DNA from: the human T2T-CHM13v2.0 reference genome, Homo sapiens
NCBI RefSeq assembly: GCF_009914755.1
Contig: NC_060930.1
Length of the DNA stretch: 64,000 nt
Reading direction: 5' to 3' (one strand)
Positions 43,643 to 55,790 of the stretch are shown here, piece after piece. The position numbers were made by a program, and so were the translations under genes. How positions within the stretch are numbered: the first letter of the stretch is position 1; each line of letters begins with the position of its first letter. The notes beneath the pieces were generated by a model. It worked only from the letters and a program-made list of their open reading frames with translations. It did no database searches and was not told the origin of the DNA.

Positions 43643-43829
43643 AACAAAACAAAAAAACCCACAAAAGTTAGCCAGGTGTGGTGATGTGTGCCCGTAGTCT
43701 CAGCTACTCTGGAGGCTAAGGTGGGAAGATTGCTTGAGCCTGGGGGGCCAAGTCTGGAGTGAGCCGAGATTGGGCCACTGCACTCCAGCCTGGGTGAGAG
43801 AGTCAGACTCTGTCTCAAAAACAAACAAC
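43492..43829 (+). mobile_element. AluJ with (AAAAC)n linker
   Basis: GGATCGCTTGAGCCCAGGAGTTCGAG; degenerate TSD GTAGATCC. Confidence 0.9.
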
Positions 43830-45402
43830 ACGTAGATCCCTGCTCAACTGAACAGGTCATAGACCCACGAAGCCAGCCCTACCTCCCACCTCTTAACTAC
43901 TCTGACCTTGGAGAATCCTCATTTAATATTGAAAAATACCACCAACCTCATAAACTATTTACACAATGCTTTCTCCATTTTCTGGCCTTAAGTGGAAATA
44001 AGCTTTCTTCTAAGAATTATTTCCCCTAGATGTCCCTTTGATATAGACTGTTCATTGTTTCACATTCTAGGGTCACAGGGGCAGTGTTGGGATCCTTGTA
44101 ACTCCCCAGTATTACTTCTGAAGTCTTAATTGTCTCTTTTACCAGTCCTTGATCCACTTACGTTTTTCCTCCCTGGATATGCACCTTCTGCCCCAACTTT
44201 GCATAGTCATCCTCTCAGTTCTGGATCAGTCCACTACATTCACGGAAGTGTTTGTTATCAAACTCACTCCTTTTTTCATTCTGGTATTACTGTTGGTGGC
44301 TTCAATGTCCATATAGTTTCTTCAATACCTTAGTCCCTAATGTCTTGATCTTCGTTCTACGTCAGCCAACCCCACCCTTAGCTCTTCCATAAACTGTCTA
44401 TCTTTGTACTGCTAAAACTTCAAAGAAAACGATCCCATTTCCTGACTACAACTTATCTCTCTCATTTGATGTGGATTTGTAGTTCTTGGACTCTTCCTTC
44501 TTCTCCCCTCTTTGTCCTCACTTATTTTCCTATTTATTCTTGTTAACCTTAAAACCTTGTCTTAAAAATAGTATCCAAGCTTGCTCCTTGTCTTTTCATC
44601 ACATCACTTGGCACAATCCCAAAGTTGGATTAAACTTTCTGCATTTAAAGGCATATATTTGACACAAATTCACAATTCACATGATTGTGTGGAATTACTG
44701 CTACCACCAATTCTTGGACTCAAAAACTCCTCCTTGCACTTATGGTCAGGTCGTGTCTAACATTTGCAAAAGCAGCTACTGCAAACCTTTCCGCATCTTC
44801 TCCTTACTTTCCTAGTAGAAATGAGAGGCCATCAAAAATCTTAAATCTAAATAGACAAAAGCATTCTATAAATAGTGTTCTTATAAGTCATTATTTGGTC
44901 TTAAGTGTGGAAACAAAGTTAATACTTATTCATTTCAAAACGGCCTGTAGAGTACCTACTTTGTGAAGGTACTATTCTAGGTGTTGAGGATATGGCCTTC
45001 ATGGGCCATACATTCCAGTGGTTCTGATGATTTCATATGTAGGTTAAAAGCTTAGCAGTGAGGTCTAGTGGTTTTCTCACATTGATCCCAAAATACAGAT
45101 TTTACAAAGCAAAATTTTCAAGTATAGGAAATACACTTGCAGGATCATAAAAATCCAATCATGATACCATAATTCATAAGTTCAAACATTTTAGTATCAC
45201 TCTCTGTCATAGTACCTCTAAAATAAATAAACCTTAGAATAATTTGCCCTAGATAATAAAAATATATGTTATTATATAATATAATAATAACAGGCCTTAG
45301 CAGTATGCCAGATAATAAGTTTTAAAGTTACACTAATGATATAAATAACTCTCAGTCTCTTTGATTAATGCTTGTGTAACCACACAAGTAACTATATTTT
45401 TA

Positions 45403-45471
45403 TTAGGCGGGTGCAGAAGCTACTGCAGTTTTTGCCAGTACTTTTTTGCAATTACTTTTGCACTAACCTAA
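45403..45471. mobile_element. MADE1 (Hsmar1-derived MITE)
   Basis: TTAGGCGGGTGCAGAAGCTACTGCA ... TGCAATTACTTTTGCACTAACCTAA inverted termini flanked by TA. Confidence 0.85.
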
Positions 45472-45559
45472 TACAAAACAAAATGTGCCTACATCACAAT
45501 TCAGAAAAATCACAGCTTTATTAGCAGAGTATAATTTAAGGAAGTCAATCAATCCTGAA

Positions 45560-45755
45560 GGCAGAAAGACCTAAGTTCAAAACTGATTTGGAATCTTCTC
45601 AGCTATTTAGCCTTGTTCAAAGTATCTAACCTTGCTGAACCTCAGTTTACTATCTGAAAATAGAGAAAATTATTACTATATTGTGGAGGTATGAATATTG
45701 AATAATTTAAAGAACTTGATTGTACTACCATTAGCACACACTGAATAAAATATTA
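45560..45755 (+). mobile_element. MIR
   Basis: AACCTTGCTGAACCTCAGTTTACTATCTGAAAATAGAG. Confidence 0.65.
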
Positions 45756-46299
45756 GTCTGATTATATTTTCGTATTTCCATATTTAGGCTTTTGCCTAAA
45801 AAGGGAATTTGGAAGTGGTCATTGGCAGGTGTCATAGGCTTTGGGTGGCAAGTCAGAGCATAGTATGAATGAGCAAATTAGTAAAGACTAGAGATAAGAG
45901 AAGACTTTGAGTACTAATTAAGAGTTTCAGGAGACCAGAGGAGATTTTAAGACTTCAGTGAGAAACCACTTTCTCAGGAAGCAGATAAATTAATTTTATC
46001 AGCAGTATCGTCGTCCATGTAATATGGCTTTTAAAAAGCACAGTGAGACCTTAGTAGTAACGACTTTATTTTTCTTAGTGAGAACCTGAAAGTGAAACTT
46101 GATATACATTATTTTCTGCTTTTATTGCACAAAAAGTTGTTTCCATTGCATATTGCTTCCTAATCTGTTAAAATAATCTGTTAACAAACTCGAAGACCCA
46201 GATTCGGGGCGTAGATAAGCCTGTGTACCTTCCTACCTTCTCCAAACAGCCAACATTAGATCAAAGGGCAACCTTAATGACACCTGGAGCACAAACCCT

Positions 46300-47660
46300 G
46301 CTCAGGGCGCGTACAACCGGAGGGACAGAAAACACGATGCGACGTCGGAAAGCAGGAAGGGAATTGAAATTCCCGCAGTCACGTCACAGAAATCTTAGCA
46401 GAACCTCATCATCGCCCAAGGGAACTGGGAGTGGCGGGCGGGGAGGACGCGGGTTGTGTGACGATCACCGATAATTAGTTGGTGGTTAACGCACAAGTAG
46501 GATAAAAGAGCTCGCCCCAGGCTGCCAGCAGAAAAAAGCTACCGTGGCACGTGCCCCGGGGAGTGATGCGGTGGCCCGGTTTGCACGGAGAGCGGGACAC
46601 CGCCTGGGGAGCCGCGCTCGTAGCCTGGGGGCGGGACGCGGCGGCCGCTCCCTCCGCCCCCGAGTAGCTGCCACCGCCTGGCTGCGCCCCAGCCCAGTAG
46701 CTCAGACGCGGCCGCATCCCGGTGGACTGTAGAGGCGGCAGCGAGCTAGAGCCCGAGTCGCAGCTCCGGGCCGCAGAGCGCTGGGCGAGCGCGAGCGCCA
46801 GGGCACCGGCAGGGCAGGCAGCTGCGCGCGGCTGGTACGTACCTGGTGGAGCGGGCGCGTGAGTGGGTGTCCCTATGCGAGGAGGGAGGAGTGGGACTTG
46901 GGAAGTCGGGGGAGACTGACCCAGGGAAGATGTGGTAAGTGCAACTTTCCTATTTTCTGCCCTGCTGGCACAAATATGGGGGGAGTTCGAAGCAGATGCC
47001 TCTTTCGCTTGGGCGACCCGATCCATCGTTTAACTCACAAGTCAGGGTACTTAGAGAGTGAAAAGGACGCTCACGCCAACAGGCGTGACGTGGGAGGTCT
47101 GTCACCTGCCTTTTGCCCACTCTGCCCTGCAGGTGGCCATTGATGACCTCCTGTCACAAGTCGCTGAGTCCTTCGGCTCTCGCGCCAGCAATGCCAAGTC
47201 TTTCCCCTGGGCGGTGCTTACCAAGCCCCGGGTAGTCACGAGCGGCCGCGGGGTTAGCAGAGACCCGAGTACTAACCCGCTCGGCCAGCGTCCGGCTGTG
47301 TGGCTTTAGCCAAGTCACCTCACCTCACTGGCCTCCGTCCATTCTTTGGATAAAATATGGAGGTGGGTAGACCGAGTAAACTCAAGGGTCGCCCGTAGCT
47401 ATTGGATTTTCCCTGCTCCTAGGACCCCGGCAGGCCGCAGGGAGGGACACGAGTGCCAGGTGGTCGCGGGCTGAGGGAGCGGAGGGCCTGTGTTCCGGTT
47501 GGTGCTGATGCTAGCCCCTTGGGGAAATTCCTGAAGGTGCATTTCGGAGCCAAATGACCCTGCCTTGCAGCAGGTCCCTTCCAAGGGAGCTGAGAGGGCC
47601 AGGTCAGACCGGTCTTCGTAGAGCTCCCCGGGGAACGCAGCCAACGGAACTCGGGTCCTT
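46300..47660 (+). promoter_or_regulatory. PKIB: CpG-island promoter
   Basis: Abrupt GC/CpG enrichment, three GCGGCCGC sites (46641, 46708, 47242), GC boxes at ~46627-46661, no TATA box. The island is seen directly; the gene name is recall only. Confidence 0.85.
46660..46834 (+). other. PKIB: Non-coding first exon (start approximate)
   Basis: ATG-free GC-rich stretch after the GC boxes, ending at donor CTG|GTACGT. Its end (GGCAGCTGCGCGCGGCTG) matches my recollection of the PKIB mRNA leader; unverified. Confidence 0.65.
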
Positions 47661-48517
47661 TAGAAAAGTGCATGCGTGAACTAGGCATGTGGGAAGCACT
47701 AAAACAAACAACAAACAAACAACAAAACACCCTGCAGGTGGTAGTGTTATTAGCTGGAGTCTGTGCAGGACTGGAAAGTGGAGATTTGAGGCGAATGACC
47801 ACTTAAACGTTCATCTAGAAAAAAAATTTTAAAAAAACTCTTTTATCAGTGGTTTGCATACTGAAAGGTATTGAATTAGAAATATTGCGAGTATTGCATT
47901 TCTCTTCGTGTACAGATAGATTTCAAAATTCATCTGTCCACTTTATCTCTTCACAAGATGCCTTCCTTCTTACTGACATTGCCACACATTCAAAAAAAAT
48001 CCTCCTGGGATTTTATATTTAGAAAGCTCAGCATTTGGATTATTAAAATGAGAACTGATGACCATAATGCTCACGGAAAATGGGGTAGGTTATGGATCAA
48101 GTTTGGTTAAATCAGCAGTTTATAAACCTTGTTTCCTGTTAGTGTGCCGGGTGCTGGTCAATGCCCCCCTAGTGACACTATCTCAAGAGATCATTTGCTA
48201 AAAAGGTGTTTTGGAAGTTCAAAAGATTCGATTTTGAAGGAAAGTATAGCTTTGGAAAGGAAATCTTTTGGAAAACGTTTTTAGTAATGGACTTCTCAAT
48301 CTTATCTTTACCACAACTTTCTTCAATAAAATATCAAAGACTAATGGACCACATTATGCAGAATATTTTAAAATGTGTCAAATTTCATTTTTGTTAAAGA
48401 GTTTTTCCTCCTTTTTAGTCGATTGCAAACATATTGTTTAGATCAATGATAGATCAATTTAATTTTCCTCACAGTTCTTACAATTATTTAAATTCTTACG
48501 CAGTTTGCATTACAGCA

Positions 48518-49157
48518 TTTTTTTACAACTTTATTGAGATATAATTTATATATTATAAAGTTCACCCTTTAAGGGTGAATAATATTTAAAAATTATATTT
48601 CAGTGAGTTTTAGAAAATTTGTTAATTTTCTAAAAGTTGTAAAACCATTACCATATCTGGTTTTAGAACATTCCAAAATTGTAAAACCATTACCATATCT
48701 GGTTTTAGAACAGTTTACTCACTTGGTAAGATTCCTTATGTCCATTATGTCTTTGTTCCCACTCCCATTCCCAGGCAACCATTAATCTACTTTCAGTCTA
48801 TAGATTTGCCTTTTCTGAACATTTTATATAAATGGAATGATATACTATATGGTCTTTTGCTTATGGCTTCTCTTACTTAGCATAATGTTTTTGGGGTTCA
48901 GCTATGTTGTGGCATGTATCAGTATTTCATTTCTTCTTATTGCTGAATAGTTTTCCATTGTATGGATATACCACATTTTGTCAATTTACTAGTGGATGGA
49001 TATTTGGGTTGTTTCCAATATGGGAATATTATGAATCATGCTGCTGAGAACATTTGCATTCAAGTGTTTGTGAGTACCCGTTTTCATTTCTCTTGGGTAG
49101 ATGCTTAACAGTGAAATTGGTAGGTTGTATGACAAACTTGTGTCTAACTTTTAAGGA
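48518..49157 (-). mobile_element. L1MB/MC-type 3' end
   Basis: CTTTATTGAGATATAATTTA...ATAAATGGAAT...CATTGTATGGATATACCACATTTTG. Confidence 0.85.
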
Positions 49158-49982
49158 ACACTATAGAGTAATTTTTGTAGAAGTTATATATATAAAAATT
49201 TAAAAAATTCTGGAAAAATAAATGTTTCTTACTGGATCATATATGATGTTATATGTATATAGAGAGAGGCTTGGGAGAGGAACCATTGCTTCTCTTCAAA
49301 TTTAGAGCTGAGGTACAGCAAACACTTTTGAAAAAAATGTCGCAATATTTCTCAGAAACGAGATATTTCTTGCCTAATGTTTTTTAATGCTAAATGAGCA
49401 TGAATCAGGCTTAATCAAGACTAAATTTTCATTAATGTCAATTGAAAATGAGAAAGCATGCAGTTTGAAAATTGTATTTTAAGTGTTGAGACTTAGCCAG
49501 CTCTGAATGGCTGGACAATAAATTCGGTGGTTTTCCATTTCTTCAATGCAAAATTTTAATTGAGTTAGAAAAAACAAAATTATTCTTTCCTCAACATCAA
49601 AAATAAACTATACGTCTTGTGAACTATATGTCTTGTGATAAGCATTGTTAATCATGATTCCATATAATTATTTTAAATAATAATTAAGCATATTCTATTA
49701 GTAGATTTAGGGATCTAAGGCCCAAGAGTAAGTGATTTCCATATACAAAAATCACATATTAGACCAGGGCTCTGGTTTTCCTGTTTTAAAACTTCCCCCA
49801 TTAGTACATGTTCCTCTAAATCCTGTTAGTTTCAGACATTTTCATATGTTATATGTACTTTAAAAAAGTCATTACCAGGTAGTGACATTACATGGAAATA
49901 ATCTAGGTTAAGCACTTGAACATCCCCATAAAATCAAAGACAGCTACTATTTTTTATTTTTATTAGAAGTACAACTGGTTTT

Positions 49983-50302
<320 letters not shown>

Positions 50303-51837
50303 TCAAATGGATATACTACTTTTTACTGAACTGAGGTACACTTTTTATTCTAGCAAGTGGCAAATAGCAGTATTATGTGCCCAGAGCAGAGTGGATTTGT
50401 GTTCTTCAGTCACTCCTAGTTGTAAAAATGTGACATTGCCCAAGAGTTGGGTGCTTGGTTGGAGAAGAGAGTTCAGAGATGTTTAGATAAAAATAAAACA
50501 ATCTAGATTTGCATAATTTCCTGAACGGGAAGAGGTATTCTCACCTAGAATCCTGGATCTGTTAGAAGTAGGATTTCTCAGATTGGAAAGAGGGCCAAGG
50601 AAATGGAGATTCTTTAAGACAATGTGGTCTGTAGCCAAGATAGTTTTAATGTAATTGAAGAAGCAGCAACAGAAGCATCTACAGACAATATGAATGGAGC
50701 TGGATTCCTTCCTGTACCTCCCAGACTCTCCCTTCCTGCAGTCTCTGCTTTCTTCTAAGCACTCTTATTGGCTATGCTGTTGAAAGTATTCTTATCCCCG
50801 TGGGGGTGTGGGAGTAAGCATCCCCATGGGGGTGTGGGAGTAAGTAAACTGTAGGCTTTCTTTTTTTTTGGATAAAGTAAAGGGAGAACTGAAGTCCAGT
50901 GTGATAGCTTCAGGAATAAAACCATGGAAGACAGGAAATAATTAGGTAGTCTTCTCAAGCATGCTTATATTTTAATGGTCACAAAATAATTTATATCTAG
51001 ATTAAATTTTATGGATTGAGCTAATACATCTCAGAAGAAGAAAACACCATTCTTAAAATTCTTAAAATCATAAAATCTTAAAATCAGTGTGTGTGTATGT
51101 GTATGTGCATGTGTGTGTAAAGAGGGCTTACAACTCATGCAATTACATTAGTGTATTACATTAGTTTATTTTATATTTTAAAATGAAAATAAATACCTCT
51201 ACCATGGAGCTTCTGGAGCCAGGTATAATATTAAATTTTAAAATGCTGAAATAAGCCCTACTTTTCTCACTTTTCCCAAAAAGGCCTTGAAATCTAATGA
51301 AAAGCCAGATTATAGGTATGGTGGATTTTGTTACACTCCAAGGGTTTGCAAAAAGTCTATCAAGCCAAAATTTATAAACGCCAGGACTTCACAGAAACCA
51401 CTCTTCTTTTCAGTTCCATCATCCTTGAAGAAGGGTGTCTATGATAATTCTGTGTATTGTAGTGAAGTAGTAGAACTTTTTGCAGTAGTGAAAAGAAAAA
51501 AAAAATTTTTAAATATGTCTTTCTAACATGCCATGAAGCTGTGCATATGTATATACTGTTGTAATCCTGGGGAGGTTTCATCTGAAGGCTACTGGAAGGA
51601 CTGCTCTAGTAGGCCAAGCAAGAGATGCTGAATGAGTCAGGGCAGCAGAATTAGGGATGAGGAAAAGTATTCAGATTCTAGAAATATTAGGAGATGAAAA
51701 TAATTGAGTTTGATGGTAGTTGGGATATGAAGTTAAGAAGACATGAGAATGAAGAGTGCCTCTCAGATTCTTGGCTTGAAGTGAGAGCTGGCACAATTTA
51801 CAAACATGCAGGTTTAAGAATGGGGCGACTTCATGGG

Positions 51838-52293
51838 TGTACTGAGTTGGATAATGTCTCCCCAAAATTCACGTCCTTCCTAGAATCTCAGGATATGACC
51901 TTATTTGGAAATAGGATCACTACATATGCAATTAGCTAGGATGAGGTCATACTAGAGTAAGGTGGGCTCTTAACCCAATATGACTGGTTTCCTTATAAGA
52001 AGAGGCAAGAGACACAAAGAGAAAGACACATAGAGGGTAGACAACATGACAATGCTGGGGGAGATTGAAGTTATGAAACTGTAAACCAAGGGATGCCAAG
52101 GTTTGCTGGCAACCACTAGAAGCTAAGAGAGAGGCATAAAACAGATTTCCCCTCTGATTCCACAAAAATGAACCAACCCTACTGACAGTTGATTGGATTG
52201 CTGCCATTCTGAACTGTGTGAAAATAAATTTCTGTTGTGTTAAGTCACTCAGTTTGTGGTAATTTGTTACAGCAGCTCTATCAAACTAATACA
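51838..52293 (+). mobile_element. MLT1 (B/C-like) solo LTR within L2-like sequence
   Basis: TGT...AAACTAATACA termini; TSD ATGGG/GTGGG. Confidence 0.88.
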
Positions 52294-53059
52294 GTGGGTG
52301 TGAGTAAAAGATACATTGGGGTGAAGATATCCAAGAAGCTGTTGTATAACAAGCTCAGAAGATGCAGATTGAGTTGACATTGGCATGCAGTAGGTAAATA
52401 TAATGATGAGATCTCCTATGGGAAGCACATGGAATCAGAAGGAAAATGGGAGAAAAATGAATCCTGGGAAATGAGTTCCAGTCAGAGCCCAAGAGGAGAA
52501 GCTGGAAAGGGCATTGTCATAGCGACAAAGGTATGTAGAGCTTCAAAATGTGTGGCATGATCAACAAGTCATAGACATAAGAGGACATAATAGGAGAAGG
52601 GTTGAAGGGACTTTTGTTTTGACAAGTAGAAAGCAAGAGTAATGGCTTTATGATTGGAAGGTTGAAGCCAGATTGTGCTGCGTGAGAAGGAAATGGAAAG
52701 TAAGGAGATAGGATCAGCTAGTGTCCAGTAGTCCTCCCAGGATTATAGGTGAAAGATGGAGGAGAAGGTTCGGTATGCAGGGAATCACGCGACACAGTGT
52801 CCAATTAATTTTTGTTTAATATTTAAAGGAAAGCCTTTGTCCTATCTTTAGGAGTCATTAGTGTGGGAGAGGCTGTTAAGTATAGAAAAGACAATTTATG
52901 GAGCTGCTTTCCAATAAAGGGGATTGGGTTAAGGACAAAAGTGGAGGCCTTGAACATACAATGTTTTCAATCTGTAGTAGAAGCTTGAGATGTTTTTAAG
53001 GGTGAGTAGTTTTTTTTTTTTCTTTCTATGGAAATAACTGTTATGCTAAGAGAAAGGAA

Positions 53060-53310
53060 ACTACTGTTTATTGAGCAATCTGCCAGACCCCTAGGGTTGG
53101 AGTCTGGTGGATTGATCAATAAATAGTAATTTGTAGCACATTTTCACTAATTTCGTTTATTCTCCAATCTGTGAAGTCAGTGTTACTGCTCTATTTTTTA
53201 AGACGAGTAGGCAAAGAGAGTATCTATTCAAAGTCATTTAATAGAAAGTGGCAGAGCTGAGATTAAAAGCCAAGTTTGATTGATGCTTATTTCTTAAATC
53301 TACAGCCTTT
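53060..53310 (-). mobile_element. MIR
   Basis: GTTTATTGAGCA...AGTGGCAGAGCTGAGATTAAAAGCCAAG. Confidence 0.6.
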
Positions 53311-54759
53311 CTACCCTTCTAATTTGAGCTCAGTAAAAATGCCCAGCTAACTCACTTATATTGGACCTTCTTAGCCACTGGCTGAGCACACACTCAGGTC
53401 TCATTCTCAATATCCCTTGTAAATATGGCTGCAAAGAGGCAACAGGTTAATGGGTATTGCATCTACCGTATGCACTACCTAATGTGGTCAAAGTTCTACA
53501 CCTCTGAAATCAAACAGTCATTTCAGGTTTTTCATTTATTTGTCCCTTATGGATTCAACCATGTGGAAATACGGGGTTGAGGGGAGCCATTTTTATTTAT
53601 TTCCCTCAGGGAGTGGTGGAGAAAGTTTTTAGGGGAAGTGAGGAATACTTTTCTGGCACGGTAGATCTGGGTCAGCTCCCTGAGATGCTTGTGGACTTTT
53701 GCCAAAGAATATTAAGCTTCAAGTAAAACCCAGCATAGTTTGTTTCAACTCTGAGAAATTCATATTTTGGGTTCTAGGTTTGAATGCTTTGAAAGGAAAA
53801 ATAAACCTTTCAGTATTCAGTGAAACACTGGAGGAAACAAAACATTGTTTTTACTCATAGATATTTATTTTTACCAACTCTTTAAAAAAGTATTTTAATT
53901 TATCCCAACTTGATGAAAACTTTTCATATTTTCTTTCAATAATATTATTGGTCTTAATTGTCAGTTGATTTGTTTTCTTTTTGTAGGTTTTTGTTTTAAT
54001 ATGACTCATCTGAAATACGAATTAAGTTTGATGACAACAGTTTAGGTTATGTCTAAGTATATCTAGAATTATTTTACATAAGGACTGTTAAAAAGATTTA
54101 CTTTATTAAGTACATCAAGATGTTTTTTATTTTAATTCTCACATGCATCCATAATTGTTTTAATATTGGGTATCTTCCAGTTTTTGTACATTTGTAAGGA
54201 TGTTTTTTACATTAATGTAACAATGGTGTACAGTTTGTATCCTACATTTCTTCCTCTTAAAATTACTATTGCCAGTGTAAAAATGAGTAGAAACAGAAAA
54301 TTAAAGAAAATAACATTTCTTAAAAGAATGTATAGTATCCTATGAAACAGTTTTTGGTTAGATAAAATTTCAGATCATAAGGATAGGAAACACTTTCTAG
54401 TTTGCTGAAAGGCTACATTCTAATTTCACTGCACCCTGTGGTAATCATTGATTTAACTCAGAAATGAGAAAACAAAATAAAAGAGAAACATACCCAAACG
54501 ATTAAAATTCATTACTTTAGCTATTAGCAGTATTTGAAAGTAGAATTCAACTTTTCAAGGGCAGTATGTGCTTACTGTTATAAATTCTTCACCAAGAATC
54601 ACAGACATGAAAATACCCTCAAACATCTTTTTCTTTCTTTCAGTCTCATCTCTTTGTCAACCCTTTATCATTACATAATAATGAATTATTCCACATGTTA
54701 CTTTCTGGGCAAGTAATGTTTTCCACTTAAAATACTACCAAGTCCTAACCTTTAACATT

Positions 54760-55790
54760 TTTTAATAATGTTTTAGAGATAATATACGTTGCAATGAAAA
54801 TCAGAAATTTCAGAATAGTTTTAAGAAAAAAAAGGTCTATTTATATTTGATTTGTCCACTAACTAGAAGTAATCACTATAAAATTATTCTTTGCATACAC
54901 ATAACTTTTTAAAAGACAAAAAATTATCATATCATATTCCCTGTTTCCCACTTAATAAATCATCTTAGTATAAATTACAGTTTTTTAATGGCTCCATTAA
55001 CTAATTTTCTGGTGACGCTACAGAAAGTTACCAAATTCAGTTTTATAAACAATAGCATAGTAGATAACTCTGTTCATAATTTTGATACATCATATACACC
55101 TATTTGATTAATTCCTTTGAATAAATTTCTAGACATAGAATTGCTGCATCAGAGGATGTTAATTTTTAAAGAGTTTTGATATATTTTACAAAATATCTTC
55201 AGAAAGCCTGTGCAGTTTACATTCAAAATAATACTTTTACTAACATACTAATACAGTTTCAAAAATTTGAAATTTAGAAATCAGTGGGAAAATATAGCTA
55301 CATTTGTATTTCTTTGATTGGTAGTGAGGCAGAATATTTTTAGTTATTTTTATGAATTGTTATTTTATATTCTTTGCCTGTTTTTTCAATCTGTTTGCAA
55401 GAGCTTTTTATTGATAAATATATCAACCTTTTGTATGTCTATTTTACAAATTTTAAATGTTTTCTTTTTACCATTAATGATTTAGGGTGCACTGCTTTGT
55501 AGGATACTTAATTTTTTAAGGATGTCAAAGTTATCAATCTATTCTCACGTAGTTTGTGAAGTTTAAGATGGCCTTTCCCACTTGTAAAAGTATTCACCTA
55601 CATTTGCTTTTAGTACTTTTTACATCTTTTGTTTCTATTTAAAATTTTAATCCATTGGCAGTTATTTTAGTAAGAAATAAAGTGGGGATCTTACCTTATT
55701 TTATTATTATTTAATGGCTAGCCTTTTTTTTTTATAGCTATTTGTCCTATAATGGATTCCCTCCCCATTGATTTGAATAGCATCCTGTGC
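54760..55790 (-). mobile_element. Old L1ME-type fragment
   Basis: T-rich; TTCCTTTGAATAAATTTCTAGACATAGAATTGCTG and similar motifs; boundaries approximate. Confidence 0.55.

Noticed and set aside
46223-47802. Cluster of overlapping ORFs up to 183 aa
   Set aside because: Low-complexity Ala/Pro/Arg/Gly frames on both strands, as expected from stop-codon scarcity in a CpG island.
48160-48178. CTCF-like motif TGCCCCCCTAGTGA
   Set aside because: One extra G in the core (CACTAGGGGGGC) and the leading C is missing; too weak to call without data.
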